From the NCBI RefSeq assembly GCF_009914755.1, contig NC_060945.1: DNA of 64,000 bases; one strand, written 5' to 3'. Positions within the stretch are counted from its first letter, which is position 1. Each line of letters starts with the position of its first letter. The DNA is from the human T2T-CHM13v2.0 reference genome, Homo sapiens. A program made the translations under genes and the position numbers. Shown in pieces: positions 1 to 13,470 of the stretch. The notes beneath the pieces are model-generated. The model was not told where the DNA came from and searched no databases. It worked only from the letters and a program-made list of their open reading frames with translations.

Positions 1-761
1 CTCATCATCACTGGCTGTTAGAGAAATGCAAATCAAAACCACAATGAGATACCATCTCACACCAGTTAGAATGGCTATCATTAAAAAGTCAGGAAACAAC
101 AGGTGTTGGAGAGGATGTGGAGAAATAGGAACACTTTTACACTGTTGGTGGGACTGTAAACTAGTTCAACCATTGTGGAAGTCAGTGTGGCGATTCCTTG
201 GGGATCTAGAACTAGAAATACCATTTGACCCAGCCATCCTATTACTGGGTATATACCCAAAGGATTATAAAACATGCTGCTATAAAGACACATGCACACG
301 TATGTTTACTGTGGCACTATTCACAATAGCAAAGACTTGGAACCAACCTAAATGTCCAGCAATGATAGACTGGATTAAGAAAATGTGGCACATATACACC
401 ACGGAACACTATGCAGCCATAAAAAAGGATGAGTTCATGTCCTTTGTAGGGACATGGAAGAAGCTGGAAACCATCATTCTGAGCAAACTATCGCAAGGAG
501 AAAAAACCAAACGCCGCAAGTTCTCACTCATAGGTGGGAATTGAACAATGAGAACACATGGACACAGGAAGGGGAACATCACACACTGGAGCCTGTTGTG
601 GGGTGCGGGGACGGGGGAGGAATAGCATTAGGAGATATACCTAATGTTAAATGACTAGTTAATGGGTGCAGCACACCAACATGGCACATGTATACATATG
701 TAACAAACCTGCACGTTGTGCACATGTACCCTAAAACTTACAGTATAATAATAAAAAAAAA
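1..761 (+). mobile_element. L1PA (primate LINE-1) 3' end: ORF2 C-terminus, 3' UTR, poly(A)
   Basis: ORF 26..544 matches the L1 ORF2p C-terminal cysteine-rich region ([18 protein letters not shown]...FSLIGGN). It is followed by a G-rich 3' UTR and an A tail. Confidence 0.95.
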
Positions 762-1512
762 GAAATGCAAATCAAAACCACGATGAGATATCATCTCACA
801 CCAGGCAGAATGACTATTATTAGAAAGCCAAAAAATAACAGATGCTGGTGAGGTTGTGGAGAAAAAGGGATGCTCATACACTGTTGATGGGAGTATAAAT
901 TAGTTCAGGCATTGTGGAAGACAGTGTGGCAACTCCTCAAAGACCTAATGACAGAAATACCATTTGACCTGGCAATCCCATTACTGGGTATATACCCAAA
1001 GGAATAGAAATCATTATGTTATAAAGACACATGCACACATATATTCATTGCAGCTCTATTCACAATAGCAAAGATGTGAAATCAATCTAAATGCCCATCA
1101 ATGATAGACTAGATAAAGAAAATGTGATAAATATACACCATAGAATACTATGCAGCCATGAAAAAGAACAAGATCATGTCCTTTGCAGAGATGGATGGAG
1201 CTGGATGCCATTATTCTTAGCAAACTAACATGGAAATAGAAAAACAAATACCACATGTTCTCACTTGTATGTGGTAGCTAAATTATGAGAACATACACAC
1301 ACATAGAGGGGAACAACACACAACACAACAACAACACACACCTTTCAGAGGGTGGAGGGTGAGAGGAGGGGGAGGATCAGGAAAAACTACTAATGGGTAT
1401 TAGGATTAATACTTGGGTGATGAAATAATCTGTAAAACAAACTTTTGTGACACAAGTTTACCTATATAAGAAATCTGCACGTTACCCCTGAACTTAAAAG
1501 TGAAAAAATAAC
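762..1512 (+). mobile_element. Older L1PA/L1PB-type 3' end
   Basis: Diverged second copy of the same ORF2 end and 3' UTR, with stop codons; ends cccctgaacttaaaag. Confidence 0.88.
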
Positions 1513-1905
1513 GAACTGCATTCCATTAGAACTAGCCGTGAAATAAAAAGATATTTCCAAGAAAGCTTCAGGAATAGACTTCCCAAGAAATTTTATAAAA
1601 CCAGAATTGATTTTCACATGTCTGGGATATTTAGATGTAGCCTTGCCTCAAAGAAACCCTTCGAGGTTTTTTCCAGCCGTATGATTCCATGACAGGATGC
1701 TGGGGCTACAGTAATCCTTGGTTGATCCAAGAACATAGAGAGCCTAGCATCTGCCTGCCATGTAGAAGCACTGCACAAAGGTCTCATGTATATGATTCAT
1801 TACATGTGCGTAAATGGAATACAATTGTCTATTTTTAGGCCAACTTGTGGTATCTCCATAATTTTCAGATTTTCCATTATTAAAAAAAAAAAAAGAGAGA
1901 GATTC

Positions 1906-2272
<367 letters not shown>

Positions 2273-2774
2273 TTAAAAGCACAGGCACTTGATCCAAATC
2301 CTTCTGGGATACAAAGCATCCCAAAGTACATAACACAATTTCTTGCCTTATTAAGCTACAGCTTCATTACACAATTTAACCTCTTTTAGATGACTCACAG
2401 TCATCATCTATAAAATTTAATTCAACACACATTTGAGGAACATCCACTATTTCAGCACAATACCAGGTTTGCCAGTCTATGCCCATGTCTAACAATAACG
2501 CAAGAGATTGTGGTTATGTCAAAGTGAGGTTGAAAGTCAGTGCTGGGAGTACTGGGGCAGGATGGAAATGGGATCCCAGGGAAGGCAGGTAAGCATGAGG
2601 ACAAAGAGCTCAGCCCGCTGTGGGTTGCAGATCCCATCTTCCTTTGCTAACCTGCGTGACCCTGGCCAGATTGCAGAGTCTTCATTTCAGTATCACTGAG
2701 TGAAGATAACAATCATAACACCTCCTGCGTAAGGTAGTCACCAGAATTAACTGATGCAAAACAGTATTTTTAAA

Positions 2775-2985
2775 AATGTGAGTCATAGGAGGAATTTAAT
2801 GGAACATGACAATCACTTTAAAAACAAAATGAAATAGAATAGAAAAAAAGTCAAATGGAACAGAAAATATCGGAGGGCATCACGTGTAGTAAATGTAAGT
2901 TTGTGGTGTGCGAGTACTTTCGTGGCGTGATTATAACTTATATTTTCTATCGTGGGTCACCATAGGGCAAGTTCAAAAACCATAG
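2775..2985. mobile_element. hAT-Charlie-like DNA transposon fragment
   Basis: Motifs aaatgaaatagaatagaaaa...aatatcggagggcatcacgtgtagt...gtgggtcac resemble Charlie4/MER-type consensus from memory. Confidence 0.45.
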
Positions 2986-3134
2986 GTATAAAGCTTTTGG
3001 CACTCGGTGCCTAATGTGTAGCCAGTGATAAAAAGTGGTGAAATAAAAATACAGCATTTAAGTTGAGCTTTAAACAATAAACATTTTTACCAAAGAGGAT
3101 GGAATGGAAAAGGTAAGAAAAACCCAATACGTGT

Positions 3135-3166
3135 ACACACACACACACACACACACATACACACAC
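3135..3166. repeat. (CA)n microsatellite
   Basis: Direct reading. Confidence 0.9.
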
Positions 3167-3527
3167 GTGCACAAATGCAGACACATATGAGACATGGTAT
3201 TACTTAGATATTGGATGGAAGAAGGTTTTTAGAATATGAAACTAGACAGGAGATGCAGCTGGATTGTGGAAATCTATCTAGGTCATATTGAGAATTTTGA
3301 ATGTCTTTAGGTAAAAACTGCGAAGTCATCCAATAAATTTGCACTAGGAAATAACATGCTCAGATTCAGAATTGGAAAAAGGAATTGTGACAGGGATGTG
3401 GACAACAGACTGGGAGTTGAGCCTGGCAGTGGGAAGGCTTCTGACTTGGTTTTGATTCTCCAGGGGAGGACCTGAAGCAAGGCAATGGCATTGGGTGTGA
3501 AAGGAAGGAGATTAAGAAGACATTGCA

Positions 3528-3792
3528 TTGGGAGGCCGAGGCAGGCCGATCACTTGAGGTCAGAAGTTTGAGAGCAGCCTGGCCAACATGGTGAAAACCC
3601 CATCTCCACTAAAACCACAGAAATTAGCCTGGTGGGGTGGCGGGTGCCTGTAATCCCAGCTACTCAGGAGGCTGAGGCAGGAGAATCGTTTGAACCTGGG
3701 AGGTGGAGGTTGCAGTGAGCCGAGATTGCGCCACTGCACTATAGCCTGGCGACAGAGTGAAACTCCGTCTCAAAACAAACAAACAACAAAAA
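3528..3792 (+). mobile_element. 5'-truncated AluS with TSD aagacattgca
   Basis: Starts at ttgggaggccgagg; the same 11-mer flanks both ends. Confidence 0.92.
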
Positions 3793-4039
3793 AGACATTG
3801 CAGAGAGCTCTTGTGACATGATGTCACTTTGCTCATTTATTTCCTCTGATCATATTACCCTTTCCTGCCTCTGATTCATCAGGTAAAATTCTTCTCTTCC
3901 TGCAAGCCAGGGCTAGCTATGTGTTCCAAGCAACCATCTCTGGCCGTATGTTTGAGTGACACCCAGTCCGCGCTCCTGCACTGTGCTGTGCACATCATTG
4001 CTGTGTCCTCTGTCACATCACACAGAAGGGTGACATTGT

Positions 4040-4400
4040 CTAGTGTTTCCTGCCTTCCCTGGAACTTCTGGGTATGGGTTTGGAGCGTACGTCATGGTCC
4101 CTTTGTGGTTAAGACATGGACCAGAATCTTATGACAGATTCTGGCTCGTGATTTGTGCTTGGAGCGTTTACCTGCCTATGTCAGCGCCTCAGAGATTTCT
4201 TTCTCTTTGTCATGAAACCTGCCTGGGTCCTTCCTGGAGTGAAGATAGCATGGCATGTACTACCACATACTCACAATGAGCATGATCGTGAAAGAAAAAT
4301 AAAACCATTGGTTGTTGTATGGTTGTTGTAAATCACTGAGGTTTCAGGCCTGTTTGTGATGCCCCCTAACTCAGCATCTCTTGATTGATGTGATTCAGAA
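4040..4400 (+). mobile_element. Old MaLR LTR (MLT1-type) fragment
   Basis: ggagtgaagatagcatgg...aaaataaaacc...aaatcactgaggtttc...tgtttgtgatgc resembles the MLT1 3' end. Confidence 0.5.
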
Positions 4401-6867
4401 CCTGGCTCAGAGCTTGGTGTAAGAGTAGTGCTCTATGTTTATTTGTGGTAAAAATGAATAAATGATTAGGAGAGGAACTATAGGTAGCTTGAAGGCTTCT
4501 GGTCAGAAGGCAGCAGATTTTGTTAGATCGTAAGCTAAATCAGAACACAGGAAAAGAGGGAGACACAAGTATAAATGTGTTTGTGGGCACATTGAATGCG
4601 AAGTACTGGAGAGGTCTTCCTGAGTACGCAGATGGTGGTAAGCTGGAAATATAGGACTGACGGTTCTCTAAGATTGTCAGGATAGAGATAAAAAATGCGA
4701 ACTCTTTAATTTCAGATGATAGTTACATTATAAGAACAGATTCAATGATCCACAGAGATAGTGAAGAATATTAAGAGATAAAGGAAGAATATTGGGAAAT
4801 GCCTACATTTAAGGGTGGGAAGCAGAGGGACAAGAAGCAACAAAGAATAAAAAACATGATAATGGAAGCTAAGAGAAGGAGGATTTTAAAAGCAAATTGC
4901 TATCTAGTAGCGTCACTATATGCTACAGTGACATGAAATAGGGAGGGTACTGGGAGGGAGGAACGACGTTTTAATACAGCCAGGAGGTCCGTGTTCCGTG
5001 TGAGAGAGGAAGAATGAACACAGCGATGAGTATCATTGTAGATACAGATGAGCACGTTAGATGCTGCTTTCCAGATTCCACGTTATACCACTTTTCCACT
5101 CCTTGAGATTCCTGCACATTTCTGGTTCTCGGAAGTCCCCTTTCGCTCTCAGCCTGACTATGGCTTTATTTGATGCAGTCTGTGGCTGATTGGGAGGCAA
5201 ACACACACCTGTTGCCTGGGGTGGGAAGCTGTCTGGACCTGGTGAGTTACTTTGCCTCCCAGAAGACTTGTTTAATTCTAAGTTATGGGCTACAATGTGG
5301 AGAGCTTAATTGCCCAGGTCTTCTGGGTAAGAAGAGTAGTGGTGTATTCTCACTGATTAACTCAGCAACATTTATTGAGCACCTACTATGTACAGGAACT
5401 GAATAACATTATCATCTGAAGCTGGAATAACCAATGTGAATCACAGCTCAGAGATATTTTATGCCTTCTGATTTTTAGTTTTCATTAATGAGAAGTCTGT
5501 GCTTCCTAATTTTACATTTCTAAGCTCCGCAAATGAGATTAGCATTGTGAAACAGACAATGTCTATATCATAATGCTTATTTAATGTGTATATAGTAAAA
5601 GCAGTCTGTTTGTGAAAGTTTTTCAGACTGCTTTTATGTAGACGGGAGCGTTGGGGAGGAAATGAAGCTTGGCTGTTTTCTTCCTGGGACCTTAAAAGGG
5701 TTATCTCACGTCTTTGGATTTTCATTGCTTATAATAGATTGTTTGATCATTCAAACCACTATATATTAAAATTAATAGCCAGAATCCACAAATTATGTGG
5801 ATGAGGCTCTGAATCAAATGACTTTTGAGATTTTGCAGTTTGAATCTCTGATTGGGGAGTTTAATATCTCATTGCACTGTTGGACCCCCGAGGGAAAGTT
5901 CATGTTCAGTCCACATCATCTTTAGACAACCTGTTTGTAGATTCATTCTCAGTTACCCTAACTTGTCATCTGGCCACATGCAAGTTTCAAATTCTAATGT
6001 CTTTTTCTAAGCTAAACTGAGAGAGCACCATGAAATAAATGCCTATCAGCAGACATTATATGTCACATATTAGAGAAAAAAGCTTGTCTATTTTAACAGG
6101 GTTCTTTCCCAAGAAGGGGAGATGAATTTGGGATCTTGAGAGAAAATGACATCAGCGAGGAGGTTAGCTGAGGGACTCTTATAAAAGGGACCAAATTACA
6201 AGGCATATTGTGTCCTGATTTATCCCCCTATGTTCTACATTTAACTATGAAATCATTTCAAAGAAAAAAAAATTCAGATTTATGAGCAAGGAAAATATCT
6301 AGAGCTCATACTGTCCTCTGGTGGTCATTCGCACACATAGCCAGAAATGCAAATGCCTTGGAAAACTTGACAGCATCTAGTTTACCGACTGAAAGTCAAA
6401 TTGCAGAAACTGATGAAAACAAAACAAAACAAAAAAACACCCTCTTTCCTGTACTTTAAAGTTTCTTGATCATTTCATATTTAAAACAGAATAATGGATA
6501 CTATTTACAAGTATTCACCTCTGAAGAGAAATAATTGTCTCTGAGCTTGACTCTCACTGATACTATTTGATGTAAAAAATAGGTCTCGTGCTCTTAAATG
6601 ATGGTTGAGATAGATAGACAGGAAGGTGGATATGGAGAGGGAACTGTTTTTAGTTCACTTCACTTCAATTAAGATGCTCTGGGGTTCTGGGACCTCCTTG
6701 TAACACTTTCTAGGTATTATCTCCTGGAAGAACACAGGCACCTGCCCATCATATTTCTATGTCTCTAGTCTTTTTAATATGGTCAAAAGGCAACACAGAG
6801 ATACCCTGATAAAAATCTCAGCTGTTATTTCCCACCTTTTTCTGGTGGGTTTGCTCTCATTACTGTC

Positions 6868-7249
<382 letters not shown>

Positions 7250-8129
7250 TGAAGAGACAGGAGAAATCCTGGGGAAATGCGTTTCTACCCCATCTAACAA
7301 CACCTGTGTGACTTTGTTTTCAGGATAGGATGTTTTTTCTTCCTTTTCTATTGTATGTAATTCTTAGGCCAGGAGGACAGAGCCAAATACAGCCTGTATC
7401 ATCCACAAATAGGGGCTTTCTCAGTAAGCATCAGTCACTAAGGACTCATTTCAAGTAAGCCAGGTAGGGATTTTTAGTGCAGAGATAAAGATAAGATGAT
7501 TGAGAAGACAAAACGAGAGGAAGCTGCTGGTCTTTCTATACCCTGCTAGGTGCTTTCTAGCCTGTTAGAGTCAAAAGAGCAACCGTGAATCCCATAGCAA
7601 AGAGATCAATGAATGAATGAGTGAATACTAATACAGATGCAATTCAAGTTCTAGTGGAAAATGAGTATACTTTATTTCAGCAATAATTTTTGTCTCTCTT
7701 TGGTGAATACGGGACATGTCAGTGATAAGCAGAAAAGCAGAAGCCACCCTGGGCATTGAGGGCACAATGGCTCAGCTTTTTTTCAGTGTCTACGCTGCTC
7801 TCCATCTCTGGGCTTTGATAGTAGGATTCAGTAAGTGAGGATTAACAGCATATTGAAAACCACATAAGAAGCCCAGAAAAATGTTGTGGAGTCTAACTCT
7901 GACTATTTACGTTTACATATTGACTTCAAGGGCAGAGTACTGCCATGAATGCATAAGCAGTAGAGAACACACCTTGCTTTTTCAGCAACAGACGGAACTT
8001 CATGGGCCAAGCAAGCCCACACACTCTCACACACTCACTGTTGGGGTACACCAGGCCTCAGGGGCACCTGTGGACTCTGAGCTTGGGCAAACATATCACC
8101 TTGATTAAAAGATTAATCCATAAATTTGT

Positions 8130-8497
8130 TTGGGAATATTTTTCAGCCCTAACAAGGAAGGAGATTCCATCGCATGCTACAACATGGATGAACCTTGAGG
8201 ATATCATGTCAAGTGAAACGAGCTGGTCACTAAATGACAAATGCTATATCATTCCACATGCATGAGGTCCCTAGAGGAGTCAAATCCAGAGACAGAAAGT
8301 AGAATGGTGGGTGCCATGGGCTGGTGGGAGGGAGGATAGGGAATTCGTGTTTAATGGGGACAGAGTTTCGGTTTTGTAGAGTTCTGGAGATGGATGGTGG
8401 TGATGGCTTCACAACAACGTGAAGGTATGTAATACTGATGAACTCAATAATCAAAGTGGTCAAGAGGGTAAGTTTTACGTTATGTGTATTTTACCAG
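8130..8497 (+). mobile_element. L1MB-type 3' end
   Basis: catgctacaacatggatgaaccttgagg...gagacagaaagtagaatggtgg...gttctggagatggatggtggtgatgg. Confidence 0.85.
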
Positions 8498-8927
8498 AAA
8501 GGAAACAAAACCAGTGTGTATATTCACTCAACAAACGCTTAGTGAATGACTACATGTGTCAAGTTCTATGCTGGGAGCTGGAGATACAAAGATGGAAGAG
8601 ACATGGCACCTGCTGCAGAAAATGTCATAATGTTTCCATGAAGACATCGTCAATTTTGGTGGGTCATTTTAATGTTTTCTTTTCTTTAAAATTTCCCTTT
8701 TTGATATGTTTTGGTGTGGTCTCAGAAGCAGTCTAACTTTATAATGATTATTCAGCAGGAATAATATGAATGATAACAAAAACCACACTTTGAAATAGTA
8801 AATAACTTTTAGTTCCTTCACAATGAACCAGGCTGACTGCTGTAACTGTAAGGGTAATAGATCTTCATTAAAGTCCCTCATTTCTAGCACAATAGGGTTT
8901 TGCCTGCTATTCTTTTCCCTGTGAGAG

Positions 8928-9017
8928 ATGGAGGAGGGAAAGAAGGGAGGGATAGGGTGGGAGGGAAGGAAGGAGGGAGGGAAGGAGGGAGGGAGGGAGA
9001 AGGGAGGGAGGGAAGGC
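8928..9017. repeat. (GGAG/GGAA)n purine-rich simple repeat
   Basis: Direct reading. Confidence 0.85.
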
Positions 9018-9380
9018 GTGAAGTGCTTATCATGATGAGTCCAACAGTAAAATCAATAGGTGTTGTCCACTGACTATCAATTAAGGCACAATCAAGGCCT
9101 CTGGGTTTTGATTTTGATCAGGCTGCTGGCAGTTTAGTGGGAACTCACCAAATAAACAATAATTCCAGACAATTGTCCCCCTTGTCATGATTCAGGAGCG
9201 TATTTTCAAATGAGGTGTAAATGAGGACTTTGTTTTGTATGTGGAGACAGCAGGGGCAAAACAAAACCACTGGAAAGACCCAGGTAGGTGGGAAACAAAG
9301 GAACGAAACTGTCCAGTGCGAGCACCTGCAGCTCGTCCCTGGCAGACGCTTGAAAGGCACTTGGTTATTTACCAACTTAC

Positions 9381-9514
9381 TGTGGGATAGGGGTGGGAGC
9401 AGAATACAGTGTACTTTCGGATGATGCCGTTCAGCTTGAGAGGGGGAAGCCAGGACACAAAGACCATGGAGGCTGAGGCCGCCGCTGCCTTCACACCCGC
9501 GGGAGGACCTGGAA
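9381..9514 (-). CDS. DSCAM: DSCAM coding exon (134 nt), first half of FNIII repeat 4: [45 protein letters not shown]
   Basis: ORF 9369..9593(-). Acceptor cttccag|TT; donor ACA|gtaagt. Phase 1 to 0. Confidence 0.97.
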
Positions 9515-9626
9515 CTGGAAGAGCCGTGTGTTTAGTCACAAGGTGGGGCCTCAACTTGGGCTTGCGGACCCACGCTTCCCAACATGACCCCACTCCGCAC
9601 TTACTGTTCAGCTCTTTCAGGATGAG

Positions 9627-10035
9627 CGTTATGGGTTCCGCTGTGTCCCCCCAAATGCATATGTTGAAGTCCTAACCCCCAGGACCACAGAATGACACTG
9701 TAATTGGAGGTAGGGTCTTTACAGAGGTAATCAAGTTAAAATGAGTTTGTTAGGGTGGTCCCTAATCCAGTACTTCTGGTGTCCTTATAAAAAGGGCCAG
9801 TTTGGACACAGAGACAGACATGTATAGAGGGAAGATGATGTGAAGACACAGGGAGAAGAGGGCGTCTATAAGCCAAGGAGAGAAGCCCAGGACAGATGCT
9901 TGTCTCAAAGCTCTTAGAGAGAACCAGCCCTGCAGACACCTTGATTTTGGACTTCTGGCCTCCAGAACTCAGAGACAGCAAATAAATTCCTAATGTTGGA
10001 GTCTGTGGTCCTTTGTAGCTCTAGGACCTAATACA
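9627..10035 (+). mobile_element. MaLR solo LTR (MLT1A/B/C-type)
   Basis: gttatggg...tgtgtccccccaaa...gaagtcctaaccccc...ggacttctggcctccagaact...aaataaattcc...taataca. Confidence 0.88.
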
Positions 10036-11364
10036 GTCAGTTCTAGTCCCTCTTGTCCTGGGGAGTCTTCCCAACCCATTTCAGCCCCTGGCAACTTCCT
10101 GCCTCTGGATAACTGGAGAATTAACTTCTGGATCAGTCTCATTTCTGCTGCAGTTTTTGGCTTTGAATGTACTGGGGATGAACCTTTTGGATCCTGAATT
10201 TGAGAAGCATGAGGGTGAACTACCTCAGCCATCAGAGACCCCACCCTCCCTCACCCTAGTCATTTTGTAATGGCACCACTTTGGGCTCAGGAGAGGTATG
10301 GAAATATTGTTGATGAATAGGGATTATTGGGTCAAAGATTCACAGTATCCATGTAAGACAAACTCTCCTCTGTAAACCAGCTAAGAAGGCAGAACATGGT
10401 GGCAGCAATACTAAGCATGATTTGGGAGTGAGATTGAAGGCATGTCCCACTCCTCTTGTTCTTTTATTTTCCAGGTTGAAGAGGTGAGGGCGGGTGAGAT
10501 GGCCAAGACAAGAAGATGCCAAAATGTCAAAGGTGCCAGTGAGGAAGGCATCAGAGCTCTTGCTTTGTTTCTCATTAACCTCACTGTCCATATGGAGGGC
10601 AACCACATTGATGGAGACATTGAAATTCAAACCAATAGAAGTCCCTTGCAAGCCCCTGGAGAAATCTGTGAGTCTTTTACTGCTTTGATGGCAATGCAAC
10701 TGCTCAGTAAATTGTTTTGGAGTTGAATGTGCTTCTCATAATCGTCACCTTGACTCTTCTAAGTCTGCATAACAAAACCAAGAGCTCTGGTGAGAACTAA
10801 CTTGGGTTGGACATAGTCACCATTTGAAAATATAAAATCTTGGTAATCCATTTTTGGCAAGTCTTGCTAACAGTGGAAGGTCTAGAAAAGGTAACACACA
10901 TAAATGATAGATCCTGGGTTAAAAAATCCCTTGAGAACAAACCTCTATCAGGTGAGGGTAATGTCTAAGACATCCACAACCTAGTTCAGAGCTGCCAGGG
11001 TTCCTCCTGAACAACAAGGGCAGAGTGAACGTTTCCTGGGGATTTTAATCCTAGTAGACACCCCAGCTTAGCCAACACTCTCAGTCCTTTCCATAAAGCC
11101 CCTGGTTGGTGTTCACCACAGTGAACATTCTTGCTGGACAGCTTCTCTTTAGGAGGCCAAGTAGTTTAGCACCAACCAGTTGAATGGCTGCTGAAGAGGA
11201 GTCAGTTGTATTTGTTTCCAACCTGTTTGTGACAATTGTACGTGTCATGGGTAGTACTGTAAGTTAATTAATTACGTAAACCAATGAAATTCAAGTGCAA
11301 GAGAAAGCTGTTTCTATGACAATTAATGGGACTACTTTGGAAAGCCTTCCTTAGAGGTAAGTTA

Positions 11365-11565
11365 GAAAAGAAATTAAAAAGAGAAAGAAATGAAGGAGGG
11401 AAGAACAAAAGGAATGAAGGAGGGAAGGAAGGAAGAAAGGAAAGAGGGAAGAAAAAAGAAAGGAAGGAAGGAAGGAGGGAAGGAAGAAGGGAAGACAAAA
11501 GGAAAGAAGGATAAAAAAGAAAAGAAAGAAGAAAAGAAGGAAAGAAGAAAGGAAAGAAAGAAGAA
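11365..11565. repeat. GA-rich (GGAA/GAAA) low-complexity tract
   Basis: About 200 nt of almost pure purine on the + strand. Confidence 0.9.
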
Positions 11566-12159
11566 GGCCGATCTATGTTTGGTCAGGACCACTGAGAAGA
11601 ATGGGACATGTGGATTTGTCCCAATTTGCAAACAGATCGTTGGTAAATGGTCACATGCTCTTACTTGAGACACCAGTTGAAAAATGCAGATGCTACACAT
11701 TAAATGCAGTTCATGGAGTAAAAGATGGCACAGAGCTCCAATCTTTTCACCCAAAACTTCAAGAAGTGATCCTAAGTCATGTGATTAGAGAATGATTAGG
11801 GAATAAATACATATTTATATGTTTTAAGTTAAAATGCAACATTTCAGGTACTTCCTGGCCACTGCAAAGTTTGGTGATTCCTTGTTTTAAGTGATGATTT
11901 CCGTGAGCATGCCTGTGTCACAGCCGATCAAGGGACTTTTACTGCACCATCTAAACTCGCAGTTGGCTCCTCCTGCATGGATTTATGATCTATCTTACAC
12001 AGTCTTTCCTTGTATGGTTACTAGAACTTTGTACAATAAAATAACAACATAGATAAGTTGAAGAACACGGCATTTTGGAAGGTTTTCTGGATGACTGAGC
12101 TAATCTTTTCAGAGCTAGAACTTAACATTTTAGTTCTGGTTTGGACAACATCATAAAGC

Positions 12160-12390
12160 TTAAAGGTGTGGGCCCTGGAGCCTCACTGCTGGTTTCATGC
12201 GGCTCTAGCACTTAGTTCCACGTCCTGGACAAGCTGATTAACTTCTCTAATAATCTTTAGTTCCCTCATTTATAAATCTACAATAATAACTGTGCTGGCT
12301 TATGTTTTTACTGTTAGAATTATAAGAGATAATTCATGTAAATCATTTATTTATTGTTCTCTGTACAGTAAGCACCAAATAAGTTCTAGC
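12160..12390 (+). mobile_element. MIR fragment
   Basis: ggacaagctgattaacttctct...agttccctcatttataaa...gtaagcaccaaataagttctagcta. Confidence 0.65.
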
Positions 12391-12739
12391 TATCATCTCT
12401 AATAACCATCCTTATGTCCTTGGATTATATGTCACTAAATGATACTAGCCTTTACTTTGTGACTCAGTGGTGAATGACAAACACCAGACACTGAGAGTTG
12501 CAGAAGACAGAGATGGCATAGGATGGAGTAAAAAACGGTATATGTCTGTCTGGGACATATTTTCTTGAAACATTCTTAGTGACCACATTCCATTTTGGTA
12601 ATCTGAGTTTTTCTTATGAAGGTCAAAACAAACTTGGGAAGTTTTCATGAATTCCTGGGCATCATAGAGAGGAGTTCTGCATTTAAGTTTAATTGATTGC
12701 AGTAAAGAATGTGGCCTTCAGAGAATCCTCTCTTCTACA

Positions 12740-13450
12740 TTCCTCCAATGCACCTGGACATCCCTTCTGAGCTGCAGATGCTTCTGTGTCTCATGTGTCC
12801 AATTGGCTGAGATGTTTCACACGGGCACCTTAGACCGACATAGTCACAACAGCACTCACCATCTTCTATCCAAACCTGTGCTTCTCTTGCCCCATCTCAG
12901 GAAATGGCCCCATCATCTTCTCAGTTGCAAGAACCAGGACCTGGAATTCTCTTCCTGCTGTCACTTGATGGGCCCTTTGGAGGTCCACATGGACAGGACA
13001 GGTCAGCAGTTGGGCTCTCCCCCTGATCTGATGGTGCTCCCCAACACTGAGCTCTGTTTCAGTTCCCTGAACGTGGTTTGCTTCTCCCACCCCGGGCCCT
13101 TGGGATGCCATGATCCAGGGCCTTGGGATGCCTCTGTCTGGAGTTTTTCCCACCCTCTGCCTTCTTCCTGGCAACTCTTACTCATCTCTCAGGTTCTAGC
13201 ACACGTCATTTCCTCCAGGAAGTCTTCCCTGATCACCAGCTTAGGTCAGGTCAGGGCTCCCATGTCTCTGTTGAGACTCTTCTTCATCATTGCACTTGAC
13301 ACAGTCCACTCAGGGGTGATCTATCAACGTCTGTCTCCCCCACTAGCTTGCAAACCCCACCAGGCCCATCCTGTTTCTCTGCATCTTTAGTTCCTGGGCC
13401 AGTATCTGGAACATACTAGATCCTCAATACAGATTTTCCAAGAGTGGAAA
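12740..13450 (+). mobile_element. L2 fragment
   Basis: tcctccaggaagtcttccctga...cttgcaaaccccac...tctggaacatactagatcctcaata is L2 3' end-like. Confidence 0.6.
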
Positions 13451-13470
13451 AATGATTTCATTCGTGTCTG

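Noticed and set aside
26-544. 172-aa ORF as a host gene
   Set aside because: It is the C-terminal fragment of L1 ORF2p.
12803-13390. 195-aa + strand ORF
   Set aside because: Overlaps decayed L2-like sequence; no recognisable domain.
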